From contig JAUXAS010000003.1 of assembly GCA_030619825.1 (NCBI GenBank), forward strand, positions 1 to 35,087: 35,087 nt of DNA. Reading direction: 5' to 3'. The notes under the pieces are model-generated. The model was not told the origin of the DNA. It saw only the letters and a list, made by a program, of their open reading frames with translations, and made no database searches. Positions within the stretch are counted from its first letter, which is position 1; each line of letters opens with the position of its first letter. Of this stretch, positions 25,767-33,950 are shown piece by piece. The translations under genes were made by a program, and so were the position numbers. The DNA is from Hadesarchaea archaeon. Its GTDB lineage: Archaea > Hadarchaeota > Hadarchaeia > Hadarchaeales > Hadarchaeaceae.

Positions 25767-27273
25767 CTAACGTCTTTGCCATCTCTATCGCTTTGAGGAG
25801 CGCCCGCCCTTTATTCTCTGTCTCGTAGAACTCAAGCTCAGGAACAGACCTAGAAACAACCCCAGCGCCAACCTGAGCATAGGCTTTACCACCTTCAACA
25901 ACGATCGTTCGTATGGTAATCGCAAAGTCCATGTTATGTCGGTAATCGAAATATCCAACGCCACCCGCATAGATCCCCCTCCGCGTTGGCTCGAGCTCCT
26001 CTATTATCTCCATTGCCCTGAGTCTCGGGGCCCCAACCACCGTGCCTGCGGGGAAGTTGGCCCTTAGCGCATCAAATTCATCTTTATCCTTCCGTAGCGC
26101 CCCCGTCACGGTCGAAACGATGTGCATGACATGGCTATACCTATCAATGGTCATAAAATCCCTAACCTTCACCGAGCCAACTTTCGCGACCTTGCTTATG
26201 TCCTCCCGGCCCAAGTGTACAAGCATCATGTGTTCCTCACGCTCTTTTCTGTCGCTCAACAACTTTCGCTCTATTTCTTTATCCTCCTTGATACTCCTTC
26301 CTCGACGTCTAGTTCCACCGATCGGCCTAGTCATAACCTCACCATTCTCGACCCTGACCAGAGTTTCGGGGCTTGAGCCGATTATCTTCCGCCGCCCGAA
26401 ATCTAAGTAGTACATGTAAGGCGATGGGTTTATCTTGCGGAGGGCAAGGTACACCAAGTGGGGATCGCGCTTTAGCTTGGTTTCCATACGCCTTGAGAGC
26501 ACGAGTTGCAACACGTCCCCTGAATCGATGTGTTCTTGGACTTGCCCGACGGCTATTATGAATTCATCACGGGTCATGTTCGACATCAGATCCGCTTTTG
26601 GCTCCACATCGGTCCGCATGCGTGGGGGCCGTTGCACCTTCTCGAGTTGTTTCACCTTTTCCCTGATCTCATTCAACGAGTCTGCATACACAGCTTTTGG
26701 GTCCGAGGTCTCCGAGATAAAAGCGTTTGAGTAAACAAACGTCTTTTTCTCCGCGTGATCGAAAACCACGACATTTTTGGCAAGCGTGAATTCAGCATCG
26801 GGGTGTTGTAAGTCGTCGCTCGCCTTCTCGCCGATGTCCAGAAGGCGTCTAATCGCATCGTAGGCAAAATAGCCTACAGGTCCACAAATGAACCTTGGGT
26901 AATCAATCCTCGGGATTGACAATTTACCTATTAAAAATGCCCTTCGTACGATTTCGATCGAATCTGTATCCTTACTGATCTTCCCGATGTTTTTCTTTGC
27001 AATCTCCACTAGTCGCTTGTTTCCTCCGATTTTCAGTTTCTCGTTCTTTAATTCCAACGTGAGGAGCGGGTCGGTTCCAATGAAGCTGTATCTGGCCCGC
27101 TTGCCAGCGCCCTCGGCTGACTCAAGTAAGTAAGAGGGGGAACTCGTTTTCATTTTACAGTATGCACCCGCGGGATCAACGCAACCCTTGACGGTTTCCA
27201 TCACGGGAAGCAAGCATGGTCTGCCGAGCCCATCGGCTATCTTCTCGACCTTTCGGATGTTGAATACCTTCAA
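25759..27273 (-). CDS. trpE: Anthranilate synthase component I
   Basis: 504 aa with YLLESAEG, SSPE, RGIYAGGVGYF and IRT motifs. The TTG start at 27273 is preceded by GGGTGAGGG. Confidence 0.9.
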   Translation of the reverse strand: MKVFNIRKVEKIADGLGRPCLLPVMETVKGCVDPAGAYCKMKTSSPSYLLESAEGAGKRARYSFIGTDPLLTLELKNEKLKIGGNKRLVEIAKKNIGKISKDTDSIEIVRRAFLIGKLSIPRIDYPRFICGPVGYFAYDAIRRLLDIGEKASDDLQHPDAEFTLAKNVVVFDHAEKKTFVYSNAFISETSDPKAVYADSLNEIREKVKQLEKVQRPPRMRTDVEPKADLMSNMTRDEFIIAVGQVQEHIDSGDVLQLVLSRRMETKLKRDPHLVYLALRKINPSPYMYYLDFGRRKIIGSSPETLVRVENGEVMTRPIGGTRRRGRSIKEDKEIERKLLSDRKEREEHMMLVHLGREDISKVAKVGSVKVRDFMTIDRYSHVMHIVSTVTGALRKDKDEFDALRANFPAGTVVGAPRLRAMEIIEELEPTRRGIYAGGVGYFDYRHNMDFAITIRTIVVEGGKAYAQVGAGVVSRSVPELEFYETENKGRALLKAIEMAKTLGE

Positions 27274-27314
27274 GCCCTCACCCTAAGCGATAGCTCACCC
27301 TCATCTTTATCCTA

Positions 27315-27350
27315 TGTACTATTTAAGACTTTACTGTACAATTTTGTACA
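27315..27350. promoter_or_regulatory. TGTACA-box cluster (TRP-box-like operator candidate) in the trpE divergent promoter
   Basis: TGTACT at 27315-27320; TGTACA at 27335-27340 and 27345-27350 (10-bp phasing). They lie between TATA-like boxes at 27320-27327 (trpE side) and 27381-27388 (divergent gene). Confidence 0.45.
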
Positions 27351-27433
27351 AAACATTGAATCATGAGGAATTTTTTCTGCTTATAAAGAACCTCCGCGCA
27401 AAGCCTTGGCGGGAAAAGTTGGAGGTGAAAACT

Positions 27434-27730
27434 ATGGCAGAAAAAATCGAGGAAGCCCAAGCCGAAACGCGAAAGGTTTCGACCCTGAGGATCGTCGCGA
27501 AAAGGCAGGGGGACAAGGAGCCGTACACGGCCAAAATCCCTGTAAAGGGGGACACGTTTTCGTTGGTCCTCCCAAGCGGGTACGTCAACTGGCCGGATGG
27601 CAAACCCTACCCCGACTCGATTAGGGTGACGATCGACGAGACGAGAAGTCTATGGGTAAACTTCGGCGTTTCGAGGGAGCACGGCTTCTATACCTCGTTG
27701 AGGATCGGCGAGGCTAAGAGGCAGGAGTAA
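27434..27730 (+). CDS. Hypothetical 98-aa protein, divergent from trpE
   Basis: ATG 27434 is preceded by GGAGGTGA (27421-27428). The longer ORF-track start (27314) would run through the promoter. The product appears beta-rich and no family was recognised. Confidence 0.55.
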   Translation: MAEKIEEAQAETRKVSTLRIVAKRQGDKEPYTAKIPVKGDTFSLVLPSGYVNWPDGKPYPDSIRVTIDETRSLWVNFGVSREHGFYTSLRIGEAKRQE

Positions 27731-27825
27731 ATTAGCGGCGTTGGGCCTGAGGTATTTCCTATGAGGGTTCAGCGTTGCAATTTTTCCCCACATAAATAAC
27801 CCCACCTAAAGGCTAGTCGGGAATC

Positions 27826-28230
27826 ATGAAAAACATGCACAAAATTAAGCAGTTAAATACTTATACACGCCATATACAAGTTATACATGGTGAGGGATTG
27901 TCAGCCGTTAGGGCGCGAAGGTACGTTTACCCCGTCGATCTTAGTGATAGTGTAGGCGATTTAAGTACGATTGTGAAGAAACTCGGAGCTTCAAAGGCTG
28001 AGGCGATAAGGGGGGCCATCAAGTATTATGCTGAATACCTCCGTGGACTAGAGGTTATCACCTACCGCAAGATAAGCATAGAGCAGGCGAAGAGAGAGAT
28101 TCAGAAGTACCTAAAGAACAAGGACAGGGTAAGCGCCGATGAGATAAGCGATACACTACGGATTGACATGACGCTCGTTAATGAGACGCTGCTAAAGCTC
28201 TGGCAGGAGGGTTGGGTTGAGCCAGAATAA
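27826..28230 (+). CDS. Putative DNA-binding protein: ribbon-helix-helix (CopG-like) plus C-terminal winged-helix-like segment
   Basis: YVYPVDLSD...SKAEAIRGAIKYYAEYL fits the RHH pattern. The C-terminal VSADEISDTLRIDMTLVNETLLKLWQEGWVE looks like a wHTH. A TATA-like CATAAATAA at 27791-27799 lies about 30 nt upstream, which suggests a leaderless transcript. Confidence 0.55.
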   Translation: MKNMHKIKQLNTYTRHIQVIHGEGLSAVRARRYVYPVDLSDSVGDLSTIVKKLGASKAEAIRGAIKYYAEYLRGLEVITYRKISIEQAKREIQKYLKNKDRVSADEISDTLRIDMTLVNETLLKLWQEGWVEPE

Positions 28231-28365
28231 CGTAATTAAGGGCGAAAAAATACGATGCGTGGGCAGATGGGTCTCGAAACCGCGGTTGGTTCAGTGGACC
28301 TCGCGGCATCGGGCGATCGAGATCTTTGTCGAGGGCAGGCCTGCTATTGCGGAAGTGGTTAAAAC

Positions 28366-28403
28366 ATGGAGGGTGTTAAAGGGTTAGCCCCTCGGTCCTC
28401 CAT
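28366..28403 (-). terminator. Hairpin plus short T-run downstream of the minus-strand LeuA/CimA paralogue
   Basis: ATGGAGG (28366-28372) pairs with CCTCCAT (28397-28403), with an inner AGGG/CCCT stem. On the minus strand the hairpin is followed by GTTTTAA. It begins 10 nt after the stop codon. Confidence 0.3.
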
Positions 28404-28413
28404 CTTAAGCCCC

Positions 28414-29964
28414 CTATTTCCTACCCGCAAAATATCGATTTACCCCGTTGATCATTGCGTCCACGCTAGCTATCACCACATCCTCTCGCACACCCTTCGC
28501 GATGTAGAGGTTACCCTGGTCGTCCTCCAGCTTCACCGTTACCTCGGCTAGAGCATCGCTCCCGCCCGTGATAGCGTCGAGGTGGTACTCCTTGAGCCTG
28601 AGCGCGGAAATCTCTTTCATGACGTTTCGGATCGCGGTAATTGCGGCGTCCACTGGGCCAACACCCGTCGCAGAGCCCACTCGTTCTTCGCCCCGCACAG
28701 CTACCCGCACCGAAGCGGTTGGAGTTATCGTGATCCCGGTGGTCACGGTGACTTCCTTCAACTCGACCACCTTTTCCTCTGGAGGCAGCGCCCCGATCAC
28801 GCTCTCCGCTATCGCTCGAAGGTCGACATCTGTCACGCGCTTGCCCTTGTCCCCGAGGTCCTTGACTCGCCTCGTGATCTCCGCCAACTGCACCTTGGTT
28901 GCCTTCACCCCGATGCTCCTGAGCTGCTTTTCGACCGAGTGCCTTCCCGAGAGCTTGCCCAGGGCCAGACGGCGATGGTGCCCGACCAGCTCCGGCGAGA
29001 TGGGCTCATAGGTGCCCGGGAACTCAAGCACCCCATGCGCGTGGATACCTGAAACATGGACAAACGCGTTCTCCCCCACGATCGCCTTGTTTGGCGGCAC
29101 CGGTATCCCCGTAAGACGCTCAACCAAGTCAGAGGTTTCAGCGATCAACTTGGTTCGAATATTCAGTTTTGCCCCGTAAAGCGCCCAAAGAGCCATGACG
29201 ACCTCCTCCAGCGATGCGTTGCCCGCGCGTTCACCTAGCCCATTAACCGCTACTTGAACCTGTTCAGCCCCAGCCTCTACCGCTGCGAGCGAGTTTGCCG
29301 TCGCTAGCCCGAGGTCATCGTGACAGTGCACGCTTATCGGCACCTTTATGATGGGTTTCAGCTGGCTGATTAGGTAATTCATGCCCCGTGGGGTGATCAC
29401 GCCTACCGTATCCGGAACGTTGATGCGGTCCGCCCCCGCCTCCACGGTCGCTTGATAGATTTGTTTGAGATATCCCAAATCGGTCCGCGAGGCGTCCATG
29501 GCAGAAAACTCGACGGTGACGCCGTGGTCCTTGGCGTACCTGACGTACTCGACCGCTCGCTGAAGCACCTGTTCGCGCGTCATCTTGAGCATGTGTTTAA
29601 GGTGCAAGTCCGACGTGCTGATGAACACATGAACGCAATCCACCCCACACTCAAGTGCCGCGTCCACATCTTCTTTGATCGGCCTTGCTAGCCCACAGAT
29701 CTCCGCGTTCAAGCCAGCCTTCGCTATCGCGGCCGCAGCCTTTCTTTCACCTTCGGACGACACCGGTGTGCCGGCTTCAATCGTGTCCACTCCCAGCCTG
29801 TCGAGCTGCCGCGCGATGAGCAGCTTCTGGTCGGTGGTGAACGATACCCCTGGGGTCTGGTCGCCATCCCGTAGGGTGGTATCAAATATCCTGACACGCC
29901 TCGGGAGCTTTACATCCTTGCTCACCCGCTTGATGAAATCGCTTACAAAAGCCTCTTTCGGCAT
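28414..29964 (-). CDS. 2-isopropylmalate synthase / (R)-citramalate synthase family protein with LeuA-type C-terminal regulatory domain (paralogue 1)
   Basis: 516 aa with IFDTTLRDGDQ, HCHDDLGLATANSLAAVEAGA, GLGERAGNASLEE and a C-terminal GVGPVDAA...DAITGGSDA domain. Confidence 0.9.
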   Translation of the reverse strand: MPKEAFVSDFIKRVSKDVKLPRRVRIFDTTLRDGDQTPGVSFTTDQKLLIARQLDRLGVDTIEAGTPVSSEGERKAAAAIAKAGLNAEICGLARPIKEDVDAALECGVDCVHVFISTSDLHLKHMLKMTREQVLQRAVEYVRYAKDHGVTVEFSAMDASRTDLGYLKQIYQATVEAGADRINVPDTVGVITPRGMNYLISQLKPIIKVPISVHCHDDLGLATANSLAAVEAGAEQVQVAVNGLGERAGNASLEEVVMALWALYGAKLNIRTKLIAETSDLVERLTGIPVPPNKAIVGENAFVHVSGIHAHGVLEFPGTYEPISPELVGHHRRLALGKLSGRHSVEKQLRSIGVKATKVQLAEITRRVKDLGDKGKRVTDVDLRAIAESVIGALPPEEKVVELKEVTVTTGITITPTASVRVAVRGEERVGSATGVGPVDAAITAIRNVMKEISALRLKEYHLDAITGGSDALAEVTVKLEDDQGNLYIAKGVREDVVIASVDAMINGVNRYFAGRK

Positions 29965-29993
29965 CCCGCTTCCTCAACAACTAATCTATGTGG

Positions 29994-30018
29994 TTAAATA
30001 ATAACGTTGCTTATATTA
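29994..30018. promoter_or_regulatory. Back-to-back TATA-like boxes in the 70-bp divergent LeuA/CimA intergenic region
   Basis: TTAAATAATAA at 29994-30004 and TTATATTA at 30011-30018. Each lies about 20-35 nt from its ATG (29964 on the minus strand, 30035 on the plus strand), implying near-leaderless transcripts. Confidence 0.35.
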
Positions 30019-30034
30019 GCAGCGAGGCGAGGCC

Positions 30035-31534
30035 ATGAAAAAACGCGCCGTAAAAGTGCTGGATACCACCCTGCGCGATGGGGAGCAAACTCCCGGTGTA
30101 GCTTTGGCCCCCGAACAAAAGCTCGAAGTAGCTAGAGCCCTGAATGACCTTGGCGTTGACATAATCGAAGCAGGAGCAGCGATAACCTCTGAGGGTGAAC
30201 GCAAGGCGATAAAGCTAATCTCAAAGGCAGGTTTGGATGCGGAGATATGTAGCTTCGTCCGAGCACTTCGAAGCGATGTGGATGCCGCGCTTGCATGCGA
30301 CGTCGACAGCGTGCACCTCGTCGTCCCAACATCTGACATCCACCTAAAGCACAAGCTGAAAAAAAGTAGACAAGAGATAAAGCGGATTTCTCTCGACGCC
30401 GCGCGCTATGCCCTCGACCACGGGCTGGTGGTGGAATTCTCCGCTGAGGACGCTACCCGCACCGACCCCACCTTCCTTCGCGAGTTCCTCTCAGCTGCCG
30501 TCAAGGAGGGCGCGCAGCGCGTTTGCGCCTGTGACACCGTTGGGGTGCTCACCCCTGAGAAGGCGAGTGAACTTTTCTCCGAACTCACAAGAATCGTGAA
30601 AGTGCCCGTTGCTGCCCACTGCCACGACGATTTCGGCATGGCGACGGCGAACACACTCGCCGCGATCCAAGCTGGAGCCCAAGAGGTTCATGTGAGCGTC
30701 AACGGTTTGGGCGAACGTGGAGGGAATGCCGCGCTTGAAGAGGTTGTGCTCGCGCTCGCGCACTTTCACGGAATCAAAACTGGAGTCAAGCTGAACAAGC
30801 TTTACGACATTTCGAAGCTCGTGGAACGCCTCACGGGGCTGCCGGTATCACCGACGAAAGCCGTGGTCGGCGAAAACGCCTTCGCACATGAAGCTGGCAT
30901 CCACACCCACGGGGTGCTCGTCTACCCACCAACCTACGAGCCTATTTCACCTGAAGTGGTGGGGCATCACCGAAAACTTGTCTTCGGAAAGCACGTCGGC
31001 TCTCATGCTATTGAAAACGAGCTCAAGCGAATGGGTCTAAAGCCCACGAAGAAGCAGGTCAAAGAGATCTTCGGGCAGGTCAAGCAACTGGGTGATCGGG
31101 GAAAGCTGGTCACCGATACTGAGCTGCGCGCGATCGTCGATGCGGTAATGGGACGCGAGCTGGAGGAGATGGTCAAGCTGGAAGAGTTCACGGTAGTCAG
31201 CGGCAACCGTATCACTCCAACATCCTCCGTTCGAGTTAAATTCGGCGAGAAGGAAGTGGTAGAGTCGGGACTAGGTGTGGGACCTGTGGATGCAGCGATG
31301 AACGCTATCAGCAAGGTCGTTGAAGGCATGTCGAATATTCGTCTGCAGAAATACCACGTCGACGCGATCTCTGGAGGAACTGACGCGGTCGTCGATGTCG
31401 TGGTGAAGCTGACCGATGGGAAGCGCATAGTCACTGCACGTGGCACGAGCGGGGACATCATCATGGCGAGTGTCCAAGCGATGCTGAATGGGGTAAACCG
31501 ACTGCTCTGGGATCGCAAACTCGGAGGCACCTGA
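30035..31534 (+). CDS. 2-isopropylmalate synthase / (R)-citramalate synthase family protein with LeuA-type C-terminal regulatory domain (paralogue 2)
   Basis: 499 aa with [43 protein letters not shown] and a C-terminal GVGPVDAA...DAISGGTDA domain. Confidence 0.9.
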   Translation: MKKRAVKVLDTTLRDGEQTPGVALAPEQKLEVARALNDLGVDIIEAGAAITSEGERKAIKLISKAGLDAEICSFVRALRSDVDAALACDVDSVHLVVPTSDIHLKHKLKKSRQEIKRISLDAARYALDHGLVVEFSAEDATRTDPTFLREFLSAAVKEGAQRVCACDTVGVLTPEKASELFSELTRIVKVPVAAHCHDDFGMATANTLAAIQAGAQEVHVSVNGLGERGGNAALEEVVLALAHFHGIKTGVKLNKLYDISKLVERLTGLPVSPTKAVVGENAFAHEAGIHTHGVLVYPPTYEPISPEVVGHHRKLVFGKHVGSHAIENELKRMGLKPTKKQVKEIFGQVKQLGDRGKLVTDTELRAIVDAVMGRELEEMVKLEEFTVVSGNRITPTSSVRVKFGEKEVVESGLGVGPVDAAMNAISKVVEGMSNIRLQKYHVDAISGGTDAVVDVVVKLTDGKRIVTARGTSGDIIMASVQAMLNGVNRLLWDRKLGGT

Positions 31535-31839
31535 TGCCCAAGCGCAAGAAGCTGACCCCAAGTGAAGAAATCGAGCGAATTCGGATGCCTCGCAAGGACG
31601 AAGTTTTAGGTGTCTCCGAGCAAATGTTTGGTTTTGATCGTCTGCGCGTCAGGTGTAAGGATGGGCACGTGCGCACGTGCCGCATCCGGGGCAAGATTCG
31701 CAAGCGGCTCTGGGTTCGGGAGAACGACGTGGTGATCGTCCGTCCCTGGGTGGTGCAGAGCGAGAAGAAGGGAGACGTCATCTACCGCTACACGAGAACG
31801 CAAGTCGCGTGGCTCAGGAGAAAAGGCATCTGGGAATAG
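31534..31839 (+). CDS. eif1a: Translation initiation factor aIF-1A
   Basis: 101 aa with an S1-like OB pattern ([46 protein letters not shown]). The ATG overlaps the preceding stop (TGATG). Confidence 0.9.
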   Translation: MPKRKKLTPSEEIERIRMPRKDEVLGVSEQMFGFDRLRVRCKDGHVRTCRIRGKIRKRLWVRENDVVIVRPWVVQSEKKGDVIYRYTRTQVAWLRRKGIWE

Positions 31840-31851
31840 AGGGGGCAGCGT

Positions 31852-32619
31852 TTGCCAGTCGATTTTGAAGCGCTCCTCAGCAAGCTCGAGCGACGTAAAA
31901 CCGAGCGCCTTGAAAAGGACTCCGAAACCTACAAGATAATGGCAAGCGTCTTCGACAGCTCGACATTGCTCACCCTCTACCACATGATAAATCGGGGCGT
32001 CTTCGATGTCTTTTACGGCGCTGTCTCCACGGGCAAGGAGGCAAACATTTTTTGCGCTCTTGACAAGCGAGGCAACTACGTCGCGACTAAGATTTATCGT
32101 ATCTCCACTTCCAACTTCAGAAATATGTACCGCTACCTAGCTGGAGATCCGCGATTTCGCCGCATCCAGCGCGAGCGGAGACAAATCATCTACTCCTGGG
32201 CCTCGAGGGAGTTCAAGAATTTGCAGCGCGCTTACGAAGCTGGCGTCGCGGTACCTAGACCGATCGACTGCGAGAAAAATGTACTAGCGATGGAGTTTAT
32301 AGGGGAGGAAGGTGCCCCATACCTTTGTATGAAGGATGTCCCACCGAGAGCACCGAGGCGGATGTTCGAGAGGCTGTTCGAAGCGATCAAAGTGATCTAC
32401 CGCAGGGCCGAGCTCATCCACGCCGACTTCAGCGAGTACAACGTGCTGCTGACGCCCGAGCCCGTGCTCATCGATTTCTCGATGGCCACGGATATCGCGA
32501 ACCCGATGTGTGATGAATTGTTGATGCGCGACCTAGGCAACCTCGTGCGCTATTTCCGCAAGTTGGGTTTAAAAACGCCCGAACCGGTCGAGCTTTTCTC
32601 AGAGGTCAAGGGTGAGTAA
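31852..32619 (+). CDS. rio1: RIO-type serine/threonine protein kinase (Rio1-like)
   Basis: GAVSTGKEANIF, VATKIYR, LIHADFSEYNVL and IDFSMA motifs are present. TTG start. Confidence 0.85.
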   Translation: MPVDFEALLSKLERRKTERLEKDSETYKIMASVFDSSTLLTLYHMINRGVFDVFYGAVSTGKEANIFCALDKRGNYVATKIYRISTSNFRNMYRYLAGDPRFRRIQRERRQIIYSWASREFKNLQRAYEAGVAVPRPIDCEKNVLAMEFIGEEGAPYLCMKDVPPRAPRRMFERLFEAIKVIYRRAELIHADFSEYNVLLTPEPVLIDFSMATDIANPMCDELLMRDLGNLVRYFRKLGLKTPEPVELFSEVKGE

Positions 32620-32683
32620 AAAATAGGATTGGAACCGACCACAACGTTTTTTGTGAGGGCGCGAAAAAGGTCTTGGGGTCGGC

Positions 32684-33262
32684 GTGGTTGTTCTATCAGG
32701 GGAGCAGATTCGTGAGTACATTAGGGTGGGTAAAATCGTAATTGAACCCTTTGATGAAAAGCTAATAGGCCCCAGTCAGGTCGATCTTTGCCTCGGCAAC
32801 AAATTTAGAATTTTCAAAGAAAACGAGCTCGTTGACCCGCACGACGAGAAGTCGATCGAGCGAAATACCGAGCTCGTCGAGACGGGGGGAGAGCCGTTCG
32901 TCCTGCAGCCCGGGCAGCTAGTTTTGGGCATCACCCGCGAGCGCATCGCAGTGCCAAACGACCTCGTGGCCTCCATCGAGGGACGCTCCTCGGTGGCGCG
33001 AATGGGGGTTTTCATCCACATCTCCTCGGGCCACGTCAACCCAGGTTCCGGGGCAAGGGGCCCAATCCCCGTCACGCTTGAGATCCTCAACATGAACCCC
33101 TCGCCTGTTAAGCTATACCCGGGGATGCGGATCTGCCAGCTCTTATTTTATACCATGGACCAGGCGGTGCGCGTGGGTTACGACGACCTCGGTGGGAAGT
33201 ACGCCGGAAAGCTCGAACCCTCGGGTAGCAGCGTGTTTAAAGATAATCTGAGCCCGCGTTAG
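32684..33262 (+). CDS. dcd: dCTP deaminase (dUTPase superfamily)
   Basis: 192 aa with IEPFDEKLIGPSQVDLCLG and IEGRSSVARMG motifs. GTG start. Confidence 0.9.
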   Translation: MVVLSGEQIREYIRVGKIVIEPFDEKLIGPSQVDLCLGNKFRIFKENELVDPHDEKSIERNTELVETGGEPFVLQPGQLVLGITRERIAVPNDLVASIEGRSSVARMGVFIHISSGHVNPGSGARGPIPVTLEILNMNPSPVKLYPGMRICQLLFYTMDQAVRVGYDDLGGKYAGKLEPSGSSVFKDNLSPR

Positions 33263-33276
33263 TTACGGTGCGGCTG

Positions 33277-33810
33277 ATGTACGCTAGATTGCCGAATGAA
33301 CGCATAGGTGTCGCGATCGGTCCGAGCGGCGAGGTGAAGCAGGAGATCGAGCGCCGCACGGGTACGAAGCTAACCCTCGACAGCGAGACGGGGGAGGTAC
33401 GGATCGAGCCCGGCGAGGATCCGCTAGGGGCGCTCATGGCGAGGGAGGTGCTCCATGCCATCGCTCGCGGCTTCAGCTCCGAGCGGGCCTTTCGGTTGTT
33501 CGAGGACGACCAGTTTCTCGAGGTGATTGACATCCGAGACTTCGCCGGGCGCTCCGAGCGTGCGCTCGTCCGACTCAAGGGGCGGGCGATAGGAGAGGAG
33601 GGGAAGACCAGACAAATTCTAGAGGAGACAACGGGTGCCCACGTGTCGATTTACGGGAAGACCATCGCGTTCATCGGGACGGCCGAGCAGCTCGCGGTCG
33701 CTCGGGAGGCTATCGAGAGGTTGCTGGGGGGATCCACACATTCATCGGTTTACCGATTTCTCGAGCGAAAGCGGAGGGAGATGAAGAGGAGATTTATCAG
33801 GCAGAGGTGA
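33277..33810 (+). CDS. KH-domain RNA-binding protein (archaeal Dim2/Pno1-like)
   Basis: Two KH-like units (RIGVAIGPSGEVKQEIERRTG; GRAIGEEGKTRQILEETTG). ATG 33277 was preferred over the ORF-track GTG 33268. Confidence 0.85.
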   Translation: MYARLPNERIGVAIGPSGEVKQEIERRTGTKLTLDSETGEVRIEPGEDPLGALMAREVLHAIARGFSSERAFRLFEDDQFLEVIDIRDFAGRSERALVRLKGRAIGEEGKTRQILEETTGAHVSIYGKTIAFIGTAEQLAVAREAIERLLGGSTHSSVYRFLERKRREMKRRFIRQR

Positions 33811-33950
33811 ACTCCTTAAGCGCGAGCCTTTTGGACCTAAAAATCTATAAAAATTGGGTAAAATCGAGAAATATTGGCAAAGGGAGACTTTTGAGATAAA
33901 TAAGCCAGAAAAATATAAGACAGTAAAATAAAGGTTGTAAGGTGACTTAA

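Noticed and set aside
27278-27304. 8-codon upstream ORF (MRVSYRLG) in the trpE leader, considered as a possible Trp attenuation leader peptide
   Set aside because: It contains no Trp codons and there are no alternative terminator/antiterminator hairpins. Bacterial-type attenuation is also not established in archaea.
28285-28325. tRNA-like D-loop string GGTTCAGTGG and a CCGCG/CGCGG hairpin
   Set aside because: No acceptor stem, anticodon arm or T-loop (GTTCRAATC) can be built around it. The hairpin loop of about 17 nt does not fit a tRNA arm.
28255-28356. 33-codon ORF beginning MRGQ (MRGQMGLETAVGSVDLAASGDRDLCRGQACYCGSG) in the 183-bp gap after the RHH gene. It superficially echoes the MRGQ pilin leaders.
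   Set aside because: No hydrophobic helix follows the RGQ, so it is not a class III signal peptide. There is no Shine-Dalgarno sequence or TATA box in a suitable position. A 4-residue match is expected by chance.
31534-33810. dcd sitting between rio1 and the KH-protein gene within the otherwise conserved archaeal aIF-1A / Rio1 / KH(Dim2) neighbourhood
   Set aside because: All four genes look canonical and are co-oriented with short gaps. An extra housekeeping gene in a ribosome-biogenesis cluster is ordinary synteny variation.
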